NCBI GenBank assembly: GCA_900128395.1
Contig: LT649241.1
Location: 1-64,000, forward strand
DNA: 64,000 nucleotides
Direction: 5' to 3'
Origin: Stramenopiles sp. TOSAG23-2
Taxonomy: Eukaryota
Positions 22,517-33,787 of this stretch are shown here, piece after piece. The notes under the pieces are model-generated. The model worked only from the letters and a program-made list of their open reading frames with translations. It had not been told where the DNA came from and did no database searches. Position numbers and translations under genes: made by a program. Positions within the stretch are counted from its first letter, which is position 1. Every line of letters starts with the position of its first letter.

Positions 22517-23165
22517 TTACTTGTGGTTGTATGATGACGTACTACCATTTTCATCATTCAAATCACCTTTACCATCTCCTACACGAATACCATTTGCATT
22601 ATAATAATTCGCTTTTCCACCTACTGAACGTATAAGTGCAATAATCTCTTGTTTAACTTCACTATGATTATAATCATACACGTAGTCTAATGGAGTGTAT
22701 CCACCAAGCTTTTAATACTTTATTTGCTGCGATTGTTAAAGGTGTCCAATCACTACCACTACGACCACGGCTACGACGACTACCGCTGCTATTTCTACCG
22801 ACTTGATTCACCATTTCTTTTAATGTCATACCACGTTCATTCACACCATTTGTCTTAACATATTTATGAAAACGATGTAGTTTTACAAACATTTGTACAT
22901 CCTCCATACGTCCTTTTTCACATGCCACAATAAACGGCATGCCATTTGGAAACTCTTCTTGATATCGTTCAATTAATAAATAAAGTCTTCTCGCTGGATG
23001 TATATGTATCATCTCATTTATACTTCTCGGACCATTATATTTACGATCCAATGCAATATCACATATACGATCGAAATCACCGGATCGAAAAGCATTTCTC
23101 AATTGATAGATAGAGGTATATAACTTAAATACCAAAAATACTAGTTCCTTTATGTATTGCAACAA
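22517..23165 (-). pseudogene. Frameshifted or internally deleted ankyrin-like gene
   Basis: PFIVACEKG...DWTPLTIAANK; a second frame continues GGYTPLDYVYDYNHSEVKQEIIALIRSVGGKANY to a stop at 22517. Confidence 0.65.
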
Positions 23166-24091
23166 TGAGAAAGGTAAATTACCGAAAATACAAAGTATAT
23201 GAATATAACTTACTTTTAGAATCTACATATTTTACATGTGTGCGCATATATTTTCTGGTAATTATTTTGATCATCTCATTCACTTGCTCTTCATATTCAA
23301 TCATACCACCACTATGATTATGTTTATGTTTACTTTGACAGCGGCTGCTTCAACGGCAGGGATGCAAAAGGTCTAATCCCAACTCCTTCAATTTGATATC
23401 ACTTTTTGCCCATTTTATGCATTCATTTATTAAATGTGTTCTAGCACAGTGCATGTTATTCAATGTTGATAATCCATGAACTATTGCTTCTAAGCACAAA
23501 AAAAATTTAAATGCATTTAATGATAAATATGTTGCTGATTTTTCACCATTATGTTCCACTAATTTTGTTGGTAATTCTCCTCTTTCATTTGTATCTAATT
23601 CACCAAGAGATGTATGTAATCAATTTTTAGATTTAGATTTCTGTGCCAAGCCCAGCAAGCCCACAGCAAGCCTATTATTATTACAAGGTACATACCATTA
23701 TACTGTAATACTACAGGGGAAAACCTTAACCTTGTTTTTAACAAAAAAAAAAAAAAGAGAAAAGAGAAAAAGAAATTGAAGAAAAGCAACAAACCCAACA
23801 AAATAAAAAGGAGTTTTTTATTAAGTTGAAGAACAACATAGAATATATAAATTTACGAATATATATTGTTAGATATAATTTTTAATAGCGTTGTGACTGA
23901 TTATTTCTATATTTGATTATGTCTACATTTACATTTCTGTATATATGTATTGATATTTGTTAACAGCTTCGTACAATTTCGTAAACGTCTCGTTGGTTGT
24001 ATTTGGAGAAACTGGCTACATATACACATATATATGCAAATACATACAAAAAAATACATATAATCATTATCATAATAATTCTACATAAAGA

Positions 24092-25393
24092 ATGGTAATC
24101 TATTTTCTACTATTATTATTATATAGTAGTGCTATTTTTCCAATTTGTTATTCACAACCAAGTTCATGCAAATATACAAATAGTGTAAATGGTATCACGT
24201 ACAATTTCAATACAATAAAAAATAAAAATTTTGAGATAACAGCAAGTGATGGATATACGTATTCTTTGAATATATGTGGAACAAGTCCAACGGAGTGTCC
24301 AAATGATCCTGATGGTGTGACGAGTGGGATGGTAACACAAACAAAACCAAGTCCATTTGGTGGTGTTTGTTATGTATTGGGCCAATACGATGATTCAGTC
24401 ACAACGGCCAATTGGAGTCCACTTGCAAATGAAGCAGGTGTTGCATTAACGTTAGCAAATGGTTCTCCCAGCGATTGTCCTGAGGGAACACCACGTCAAG
24501 TATCATTACATTTTGAATGTGGAACAACAGAAGAAGATACTGCATGGACTGTTGATGATGGCGGAGATTGTTCATATACAATACACTATAAAACAAAATA
24601 TGCTTGTAAAGATCCAAACAATACTAATCCATCGACACCAGCACCAGCACCAGTACCAGTAGGAGGTTCATGCAGGCCAGCACCAGCACCAGTACCAGTA
24701 GGAGGTTCATGCAAATATACAAATAGTGTAAATGGTATCACGTACAATTTCAATACAATAAAAAATAAAAATTTTGAGATAACAGCAAGTGATGGATATA
24801 CATTTGATTTGAATATATGTGGAACGAGTCCAACGGAGTGTCCAAATGATCCTGATGGTGTGACGAGTGGGATGGTAACACAAACAAAACCAAGTCCATT
24901 TGGTGGTGTTTGTTATGTATTGGGCCAATACGATGATTCAGTCACAACGGCCAATTGGAGTCCACTTGCAAATGAAGCAGGTGTTGCATTAACGTTAGCA
25001 AATGGTTCTCCCAGCGATTGTCCTGAGGGAACACCACGTCAAGTATCATTACATTTTGAATGTGGAACAACAGAAGAAGATACTGCATGGACTGTTGATG
25101 ATGGCGGAGATTGTTCATATACAATACACTATAAAACAAAATATGCTTGTAAAGAGACATGCCTAGACACAATAGTAACAACAACCGCCATACCAATCAC
25201 AACAACTATTATCACCGACACAACAATGCTACCTCTTATTATCGACAAAAATGATACAGACTATGATGCAAACGACAACATCCCTTCAGAAACAGTTAGC
25301 AATGCGCATTCCATTATAAGAATGTACAGCAAAAAAGGACACCACTTTTACTTGACAATGATTTTTTTCATCGTCGTTACCTACGTATTATGA
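24092..25393 (+). CDS. Surface protein with two mannose-6-phosphate receptor homology (MRH) domains
   Basis: Signal peptide; YxLNICG, Q...C..LG, C.....R...L.FEC and CSY.I.YKTKYAC present twice; Thr-rich stalk and hydrophobic C-terminus. Confidence 0.88.
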   Translation: MVIYFLLLLLYSSAIFPICYSQPSSCKYTNSVNGITYNFNTIKNKNFEITASDGYTYSLNICGTSPTECPNDPDGVTSGMVTQTKPSPFGGVCYVLGQYDDSVTTANWSPLANEAGVALTLANGSPSDCPEGTPRQVSLHFECGTTEEDTAWTVDDGGDCSYTIHYKTKYACKDPNNTNPSTPAPAPVPVGGSCRPAPAPVPVGGSCKYTNSVNGITYNFNTIKNKNFEITASDGYTFDLNICGTSPTECPNDPDGVTSGMVTQTKPSPFGGVCYVLGQYDDSVTTANWSPLANEAGVALTLANGSPSDCPEGTPRQVSLHFECGTTEEDTAWTVDDGGDCSYTIHYKTKYACKETCLDTIVTTTAIPITTTIITDTTMLPLIIDKNDTDYDANDNIPSETVSNAHSIIRMYSKKGHHFYLTMIFFIVVTYVL

Positions 25394-25596
25394 TAATATG
25401 TGTAAGTTTCATGATGAGTGCAGTAGTAGTAAATAAAAATGAGTATTATTTAAGTCTAAATATACTTCTTATACGCGTATTTTAATTTTTTATTTCTACA
25501 AAGAGATGGATCTGGTGGAGTCATTCATATTAATAATACTAATAATAATATTATTGTTAAATAATAATTTAAATCCTAACTTGGAAAAACGCAGAC

Positions 25597-26163
25597 GTGG
25601 GAGCGTCAAGCTTATACGGGTACACACGGAAAATTAAAGAATTTCATGAGTTTTGCACCAACAACGAACCGTCTGTTCTACTTACAGAGAGGCAAGCCAA
25701 CACATTACAAAAAAAATTGAAGTTACCAGATACGAAAAAAATTGCATGCCAATTTAATCTTGCAAAGCTAAAGCTTAGCGGGTATGAGGCAATTGAATTA
25801 TTTTTTGGTTCTAAGTTAAAAGAAGATGGTACCAATTACACGAAAGAATATTACGGTGGGTATCGCAGTGCATTCAAGAAAATATTCGCATGGCAGAAGG
25901 TGAAGGGTCTTGAAGAGTTTGATGAGCTAATGGGTCTGATTATTGGGGGGATAACAAGAATACAAAAAATTGATGAGAAAAGTGGAAAACGAGTCAGATT
26001 CGACAGAGAAGGAATAACTTATGAGGAATACTGTCAGTTATGTTATTATTTCTTAAAAAAAGGAGATTATAAACATTTAGTAATGACTACATTTGAATGG
26101 AATCTAATGTGTCGAGTTAATCAACTAAATGGTTTAACTACAACTCGTATGAAGTGGATATAG
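25597..26163 (+). mobile_element. Truncated Crypton-type tyrosine recombinase
   Basis: YGGYRSAFK, EGITYEEYCQLC and FEWNLMCR (first catalytic Arg box typical of stramenopile Cryptons); stops before the HxxR and Tyr residues. Confidence 0.72.
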
Positions 26164-26899
26164 TACAACGATACCTATGACCTATGACTTAGTCTTTAGT
26201 GATAGGTAAATAGGGAATTTGTACGTATCACTGATATAAAAATCTATACTAAAAATCCAAATTATATATACAACATCCTTAATACTATATACTTGGAAAT
26301 CATGCCAATATATCATGATCCATGTATTTCTACACCCTGATAAATATATTTAGAATGAGGCAAAACCAAAAAACCGCATCTCCAGAAAGTTTGTTTACTA
26401 GCTGAATTCTAATTTTCAACGTTCTAATGGAACAACAAATATAAAAATTAGACCAACGACTTTTGTATATGATATGTATGTGTATATGTGTCTTTTTTTA
26501 AGTGAAAGTAGCCATTAACTATGTTGAATTATTTTTTTTAACATATTAAAAATTAAAATACTCCCCCATCATATTACCATACTAAATTCATAATTTATAT
26601 ACTACCAAGTACACCGATGTAAAATTCAAAATTAGGCACAGAATTCTGTGCCTAAATTGTCCTCATTTTAAAATTACACCAAATAATAATTGTGCAATTC
26701 GCACATTCTATAGTATAAAATTATACTAGAATTGGTGTGTCGTGAGGGGTAAATAGTATTTACATATTTACATACATAACGAGACAGAGAGAGTTATTCA
26801 TCATATTATTAATAGTAGTATTTATCATTGTTTCGAAATTATTAAAGTTTATTATTGTTTTCTTCTCGATTGCAGCTCACGCATTTACGTTTTCTAAAC

Positions 26900-27121
26900 A
26901 TGGAAATGCAAATACACAGTAAAAAAGATTTCAAAGAGCCGAAAAGGCAACCGAGAACCTGCACTGAATGTAGGCGCGTGAAGGTGAAGTGCGACAAAAA
27001 CACTCCTTGTAGTAGATGTGTTAAACGGGGGATAACTTGTGTGCCGACTGGAAAATGTAAGCGTGGAAGATGGCAAACGGATCGTAAAATTGCAAAAAAA
27101 AAGAAAGAAGCGATAATATAA
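26900..27121 (+). CDS. Small Zn(II)2Cys6 binuclear cluster protein (73 aa)
   Basis: CTECRRVKVKCDKNTPCSRCVKRGITC matches CX2CX6CX5CX2CX6C; basic C-terminal tail. Confidence 0.8.
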   Translation: MEMQIHSKKDFKEPKRQPRTCTECRRVKVKCDKNTPCSRCVKRGITCVPTGKCKRGRWQTDRKIAKKKKEAII

Positions 27122-27153
27122 TTATAAAATAGTAAATAATTTTTTATTATCTA

Positions 27154-27595
27154 AAGTCGATTGTATGTCCTAAATCCTAAAAGTATATATACTTATATTG
27201 TTATGAGACTTAAATACTAATAATACTATATTACCAGGAGATTACAGGTAGGACGACTATAATTATATATAGTAATTATTTCGGCATTATGTCCTCTCTG
27301 GCATTATGCATACGCAACACCGAAATCAGGAATATGAAATGTAAGGGATAAATAGTAAAGTCGATTGTATGTCCTAAAAGTATATATACTTATATTGTTA
27401 TGAGACTTAAATACTATATCAAATAATTACGAAGAAGGGGAAAAGAGACCTAATATAAACAATCGACTTTACTATTTATTCCTTACATTTCATATTCCTG
27501 ATTTCAATAGATCATTTCGGCATTATGCATAATCTTCAAAAGTATATACTTATTGTACTGAGACTAAATTCGCACATACTATCAAATAATTACGA
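27154..27595. repeat. Mosaic of direct repeats with a 47-bp inverted repeat
   Basis: aaagtcgattgtatgtcc...gagacttaaatacta at 27154 and 27357 with a decayed third copy near 27538; 27322-27368 is the reverse complement of 27459-27505 with one mismatch. Confidence 0.85.
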
Positions 27596-27955
27596 TTTAG
27601 ATTGGGAGTTAGAGTATTAGTATGTATAATATTAAGCATCAAATAAAACCTTATTTTGTTTCAACTCCAGAGCCTTTGTCCTTTGTCCAACTCTATCAGA
27701 TTCAGCATCAACAAAACCCACTATTGGCTGCACCAGGCACACCTGGCACACGTTTTAAAAAAATAATAACACTACACATTATTGAAAAAACAACAACAAA
27801 ACAACCACAAAAAATAATATTACACACAAAAGAAGAATAAGCACGTAACTAAATATATAATACATATACCAACGTACATCATAATAACATATATATACAA
27901 AACACAACAAAAACAAACATAGCCCTTCTCCCCCCCCCCACACACAACCATAACA

Positions 27956-29062
27956 ATGGCGTCATCAATAGCAACAATGCAAAGAAAGGACCATACAAAA
28001 GCAGAATGGTATGTACATCCAACCTGTGGTGTTGAAGTGAATAATTTAACTTTGGCTAATTTATCACAAGAAAACGTTAATATAGTTAAACAACAATTTG
28101 CAAAACATGGTGTTGTATACTTCAGAGGTATTGATAAGGATGCAGCATTTAATGAAAAGGAACATATACAATTTGCTAGACAAATTGGTACTATTAATGT
28201 TAATCGTTTCTTTCAATATGTTGAAAATTTTCCTGAAATCTCTTTAGTTTCAAAATCACCAGAAGATAAACAAGCTATTGGACAAAACTTTCATGCAGAT
28301 CATACATATGATACTGCACCAGCAACTGGAAGTATTTTAGTTGCAAGGCAACTCCCGAAAAGTGGTGGAGAAACAATATTTGTTGATATGCGCAAAGCAT
28401 ATGATAATCTTTCAAATGAATTAAAAGAAAAAATTAGTAATTTAAGAGCTGTGCATTCATCTCGCCATGTATTTGGCAGGACAAATGCAGATAGAAAAAT
28501 GTATGAAAATCCTGACATTGCAGTTCAAGATAATGTTCACCCAGTTGTAATTAAACACCCCGTGTCTGGTAGAAATGTATTATTTGTCAATCCAGGTTTT
28601 ACTATATGTTTTGAAGGCCAAACGCCGGAGGAAAGTGCTGAATTGTTACAAACACTTTATCATCATGCTGTGCAAAAAGAAAATATGTTTGTTTTTAAAT
28701 GGACTCCAGGATCAGCAGTGATGTGGGATAATCGTGCAGTATGGCATTGTGCATGTAATAATTATCCCGGCATGCATAGGGTAATGCATCGTATAACACT
28801 AGATGGTGTAGAATTGGAAAGCGCTGATTCAACACAGTTAGGTAGTAAAAAATATGATCAAGCTTGTCCAGATGTATCTAAACCAACACATTATGGACAA
28901 ACGATATTGGAGTTGCCAGTTATTAATAATTTAATAACCACATTGGATGTTGGTACGAAACAACTAGGTATGGAAAACTGGTCAGGAAGCCCGCCATTGT
29001 ATCAACGAGTTGCATTAAAAGCAATGGCATTGTTAAAAATACCACTTTTCAGCAAGTTGTAA
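27956..29062 (+). CDS. TauD/TfdA-family Fe(II)/2-oxoglutarate dioxygenase with PTS1 SKL
   Basis: HADHTY (HxD), GGETIFVDM, HPVVIKHP, WDNRAVWH, RVMHRIT; ends FSKL. Confidence 0.93.
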   Translation: MASSIATMQRKDHTKAEWYVHPTCGVEVNNLTLANLSQENVNIVKQQFAKHGVVYFRGIDKDAAFNEKEHIQFARQIGTINVNRFFQYVENFPEISLVSKSPEDKQAIGQNFHADHTYDTAPATGSILVARQLPKSGGETIFVDMRKAYDNLSNELKEKISNLRAVHSSRHVFGRTNADRKMYENPDIAVQDNVHPVVIKHPVSGRNVLFVNPGFTICFEGQTPEESAELLQTLYHHAVQKENMFVFKWTPGSAVMWDNRAVWHCACNNYPGMHRVMHRITLDGVELESADSTQLGSKKYDQACPDVSKPTHYGQTILELPVINNLITTLDVGTKQLGMENWSGSPPLYQRVALKAMALLKIPLFSKL

Positions 29063-29218
29063 AAACAAGTTGGAAGGAGGATTATCGTGTTTATGAATTT
29101 TTTCAGCAGAGAAGGGTACATATCGTAGTAGTGTGTGTACATATGTGTGGATATTTTAAAACTTTTCTTTTTTATAAAAAAATAACACACGCACACATAT
29201 TTTTTTTTTAAATTTTAA

Positions 29219-30532
29219 CTAAGTAGTACAACGTTTGTCGGTTCTACATGTCCATTCCCACCCTGGCCTTTCATTTTCACAGGCTGATATGATTCCATCA
29301 AACGTTGCTACACAATTTCCATCAATCCATTTCGTTCCAGGTGCACAAAACTTAGTTGCTACCTCACACATATATTTTTGTGGCTCCGCAAGTTGCATTT
29401 GTAAATTTTCAATTTCCTTCTGCAATCGTTTTACTACATCAACTAATTCATTTTGTCGTTGATGAATATAAGAATCATGAATAATATTATTATTATCATA
29501 ATAATGTGCATGCATGTAACCACCACTAGCGCCACTTGCAGAAGGTCCACCATGCTGATGAAAATAACCAGCTGGACCCGAAGGTCCATGTATGATATTG
29601 TCACTACCACCTGTGCCATCTGATGATCCACCAGACGATGGGGCAGTTGGATTTTCTGAATGCGTTACTCCTACTGTTGGAGCCAATGTGGTTGGCGACG
29701 GTGGTTCAACGTGTGCAGGTGTCGTATGAGCGTGTGCAGGTGCTGTTGCTGGAGCAGGTGGTTCAGCATGTGCAGGTGTCGTATGAGCGTGTCCAGGTGG
29801 AGCAGGTACTCCCGCATTTTTATCGATTAAAACATATGTTTTTACTTCGTTTTTGTTATCATTGTCTTCAGGGCCTATCCAACCAGCCAGATATACTTTC
29901 TGATTTCCGCCAACGCCCTGAATAGTTAAATTTGCTCCATTCCAACTATCTCCGTAACTATCTTTACCGTACACCTCATACCGCGCTTTTGATAAACAAA
30001 TATATTTCGTCTGGCCACCAGATCCTGAAAGTATGACATTTCCGTTATATCGTATGCCCCACGTAACTTCACTTTTAAATGATCCTCCAAATGATATTAC
30101 CGCTACATTTTCGTAGCATGGTGCAGAGCTAGTAGATGCAGCGTGTGCAGGTGTCGTATGAGCGTGTGCAGGTGCTGTAGTTACCCCCGCAGGTGTCGCA
30201 TGAGCGTGTGCAGGTGGAGCAGGTCCTCCCGCCGACGGAGTTGTTGTTTGCAACGGAGAAATACTTGGTGCAATGTTACATGGGGGTGCAAAGTGATTAC
30301 ATGATCTGCCATTTGTGGAAACTGTACTATAACAACAGCTGTTAGCACCGCCTGTTTGTGAATCGCATCCAGCTCCACCACATTGTCCACATGTTGCAGG
30401 GCAGCATGCATTGCCATTTGTGATGCCAGTGGCACAAGTGGGATCAGCTCCCGCCGACGGAGTTGTTGTTTGCAACGGGGAAATATGGATATATATACTG
30501 TATATATATAACTTTTCTATAGGCATAGGCAT
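29219..30532 (-). CDS. Cys-rich, mucin-like modular protein with His-Ala repeats; 5' end uncertain
   Basis: CCPATCGQCGGAGC...CC module, DSYGDSWNG beta module, PAHAHTTPAHA repeats, coiled coil and C-terminal Cys motif. Confidence 0.65.
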   Translation of the reverse strand: MPMPIEKLYIYSIYIHISPLQTTTPSAGADPTCATGITNGNACCPATCGQCGGAGCDSQTGGANSCCYSTVSTNGRSCNHFAPPCNIAPSISPLQTTTPSAGGPAPPAHAHATPAGVTTAPAHAHTTPAHAASTSSAPCYENVAVISFGGSFKSEVTWGIRYNGNVILSGSGGQTKYICLSKARYEVYGKDSYGDSWNGANLTIQGVGGNQKVYLAGWIGPEDNDNKNEVKTYVLIDKNAGVPAPPGHAHTTPAHAEPPAPATAPAHAHTTPAHVEPPSPTTLAPTVGVTHSENPTAPSSGGSSDGTGGSDNIIHGPSGPAGYFHQHGGPSASGASGGYMHAHYYDNNNIIHDSYIHQRQNELVDVVKRLQKEIENLQMQLAEPQKYMCEVATKFCAPGTKWIDGNCVATFDGIISACENERPGWEWTCRTDKRCTT

Positions 30533-30542
30533 ATCTTTTCTT

Positions 30543-30704
30543 TACATAAAAATTCCAATAGTGTGTATTGTTAAATCTTTTACATTAAATTATTCATTTT
30601 AAAATCATCATATGATCACATCTGTACATAAAAATTCCAATAGTGTGTATTGTTAAATCTTTTACATTAAATTAATTCAATTTAAAATCATGTGATCACA
30701 TCTG
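30543..30704. repeat. Imperfect tandem duplication of about 82 bp
   Basis: tacataaaaattccaatagtgtgtattgttaaatc...tgatcacatctg occurs twice. Confidence 0.85.
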
Positions 30705-31169
30705 ATACAATACTCTGCTTATTCCTGTGAGTATTGTGCTATATTTTACAATTACCGTGTGTACTTCTAATACAGTATAGTAGAGCTCTGGGAGCTCTGT
30801 GTTTGTGGTTTTCCTTGCTCTGTGTTTGTGGTTTTCCTTGCTCCATTTTGATGTGAATGCCTCGAATGCCACAGGAATGCTCTGGAAAATGCCCAGAATG
30901 CATCGAGGTTTGCGTTTTAGTGGCGAGAGGATGTACAATGTACTTTGTTGATAGATCCTCTTTTAGTGTTTGGTGGTTTCTGGTTTGCTAAAATGGTGAT
31001 GTGTCCCATTTTTTGCATTTTCACCCCCGGCAATTTTTTGACTTTATAGGGGCCGCAAAGCACTTTTTTAGCAAAAGAAGAGAACCAGAATTTTTCGCCT
31101 TCCTATATATATATCACACACTCACCATAATCACATAACCATATAACCAACACTTAAAAATGTGCGTAT

Positions 31170-31206
<37 letters not shown>

Positions 31207-31259
31207 TAATATTTTTTTAATTTTACGTCCTCCACACACACACACACACAAACCAACTT

Positions 31260-33182
31260 TTAAAACAACTGCGACAATGGAATTCCATTCATTAATGCAT
31301 TTTCAATCATATCCAATGCTTTCCCAGCATTACAATGATGGATTTCTTTTAATCGTAGCATTGATAACATGATATTATCTTCAGTTTCACCATTAACCAC
31401 TGCTATATCGTTCATTCGCTCCATTATTTCAAATTGATTTTCAACACCATCCTGTTCCGTCCTTTGTTTTACTACTTTATTGTCATGCTCAACTAAACCT
31501 AATGCAATTTCTTCATTCAATGCATCTTTTTTTTCAGCCCTTTGTTGTTCTTTTTTACGTTGTCGTGCTTTTTTCTTTTTCTCTTTTGCTTTACGTTTTT
31601 TTGCATCAACTTTTGCCGATGTCAAAGCTCCTGCATTATGCATTGCCGCTTTTTTATAATTCCATTTTTTTGGATATTTACCCATATACAATCTAAATAT
31701 ATCTCTTACTTTCTTTGATTTAACAATTTTAAATGGTGGATTCATTTTATTATCAAAAATCGTTGGGTCTGCATCACGATGCAATAATAAATTCGCCATA
31801 TCATATAAACCATTCGTTGCAGCTACATGTAATCCTGTACTACCATTTGTATCAACAATACCATTAACGAATGATGGATTTTGATTTAAAATTTTTTTAA
31901 CTTGATTGGTATCATTTTTCACAATCGCATCGTATAAAAATTGTTGTTCTTTTGAAATATTTATTATTGTATTAACTAGTGTTGTTGATTCTGTTTCTTT
32001 TGTTACATGTTTTACATTCGATTTTTTCTTAAGACTACCGTCAATGATATTATTATTATTATTATTATTATCATTTATTCCAACAGTTGATTGATCCTCC
32101 TTGATGTATAATAATAACTCACTAAATTTTATTCTACCTAATCTGTTTTTAACAATTTCACATTCATTTAAAGTTGGTCTAGCTGTTGCAAATGGTACAT
32201 ATTTAATTTTTTCATTTTTTTCCAATGCACTTGTTTTTATTTTTGCACCAATTGGTACTTTAAAAAATACAGAACGGTTTCTAGATGCTGTACTAATAAA
32301 AATATTATCTGCTTCGTTTACATGTTGTTTCCATTTAACAATTAATAAGTTTTGTATATCTTTTCGTAATTCAATTTCATTACCACGACGAATTTGTGCA
32401 CCAATTGAATTGGCTTTACCAGATTTATTATCATGTGCTAATTGCGATCCACCTTGTTTACGTCTAGACGTATACCTATGAAATGTCTTGTGTGCAATTA
32501 ATTTACCATTTTCATAAACTGCACCAGCAAAATGGCCATTAGATGAATATAATAATACAATCCATTTCATTACATTTGTTTTCTTATTAAATTTTACATT
32601 ACTGTTTTTATTATCATCTAATATACATGTCCATAATGATGCCTTACATTTGTTGTTATTATTATTATCATCAAATTTAAAATATGTTATTGGTAATAAT
32701 GCATTTGATATTGAATTAAAATCAATACTTTTTTTTCCATAGTTGTTGTTATTATTATTATTATTATTATCATAGTTATCGTCGTCATCGTCTTCTGATG
32801 AAGAGGATGATGATGACATGTTGTTATTATCACCATCAAAGTCTTGTGCCAAGAATTTTTCTTTTGTCAATAATTTTTTATTTTTCATTTTACGCTTTAA
32901 ATTAAACAAATGATAATCACTTTTTAAATGCTCATGCAATGTTTTAATATTAGAAAACACTATTCCAGGCGCCGTTGCACAGGTAAGATCATTTTGAGTA
33001 TTACCAAGATCGTTCGGATTAACCACTTTTTTGTTGTTATTATTATTGTTCGTATTATGATTAATATTGTTATCTTCTTTTAAATCTATTAATTTGTTAA
33101 TATCATCATTTTTAATTAATTCCCAAATGAATTTATATTTTGGTAATTTCATATTTTTACTACCAGTTACTAATGATGCCAT
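31260..33182 (-). CDS. ANKZF1: ANKZF1/Vms1 ribosome quality control factor
   Basis: HLKSDYHLFNLKRK zinc region, GHFAGAVY, HKTFHRYT, RRKQGGSQ, SIGAQIRR, PFATARPT, ankyrin repeat and coiled coil. Confidence 0.95.
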   Translation of the reverse strand: MASLVTGSKNMKLPKYKFIWELIKNDDINKLIDLKEDNNINHNTNNNNNNKKVVNPNDLGNTQNDLTCATAPGIVFSNIKTLHEHLKSDYHLFNLKRKMKNKKLLTKEKFLAQDFDGDNNNMSSSSSSSEDDDDDNYDNNNNNNNNNYGKKSIDFNSISNALLPITYFKFDDNNNNNKCKASLWTCILDDNKNSNVKFNKKTNVMKWIVLLYSSNGHFAGAVYENGKLIAHKTFHRYTSRRKQGGSQLAHDNKSGKANSIGAQIRRGNEIELRKDIQNLLIVKWKQHVNEADNIFISTASRNRSVFFKVPIGAKIKTSALEKNEKIKYVPFATARPTLNECEIVKNRLGRIKFSELLLYIKEDQSTVGINDNNNNNNNIIDGSLKKKSNVKHVTKETESTTLVNTIINISKEQQFLYDAIVKNDTNQVKKILNQNPSFVNGIVDTNGSTGLHVAATNGLYDMANLLLHRDADPTIFDNKMNPPFKIVKSKKVRDIFRLYMGKYPKKWNYKKAAMHNAGALTSAKVDAKKRKAKEKKKKARQRKKEQQRAEKKDALNEEIALGLVEHDNKVVKQRTEQDGVENQFEIMERMNDIAVVNGETEDNIMLSMLRLKEIHHCNAGKALDMIENALMNGIPLSQLF

Positions 33183-33787
33183 GTTAAATATATATATATA
33201 CGGTATCCAAATTTTCTGTTTCTAATTTGTTGTATTTTTTTTTCTTCCCTCTGTCTCTCTTTTTCTTTCTAGCTGGAAAATATACTACACTATATCTCAC
33301 TCTCGTTTTTTTAAATGCAATGGAAAAGAATTTTGTAATGCTTCTTGTTGCACTATTCATTCTTTTTATATATTTATTCTGAAAAATATAAATCTATATA
33401 TTTTAATACCACAATCATCATCAATATTTACGAGGATATTAGCAAATTTTTAGCATGGAATTAGCACCTCCAAATTCGTATTATTTCGTAAACTGGTAAA
33501 AATTATTTCTAGGTAGGTTGTTGTTAATAAGGTGATTTAGATTATATTTATAAATGTATAAAAATCAATTTATCATTTACTAGGCATACTGCTTTTAAAT
33601 AATTTTAATAATTTACGCAGCACCGCATAAAAATTTAATTTTTAAAATTTTACTCAACTGATTAATCCTCGGTATGATTATCTTAAACACATTGACACAC
33701 CAAATTCACAAATTAAATGGACACATCACAATTTAAATTTACGGGGTATATGTGTTTTCGAGCAATAATATACGTGCATATTTCATT

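Noticed and set aside
23280-23595. Possible transposase C-terminal remnant (RGELPTK..AFKFFLCLE) on the minus strand
   Set aside because: Too short and lacks a diagnostic motif
30696-31010. GC-richer stretch with an 80-aa ORF
   Set aside because: No recognisable motif in the frames examined
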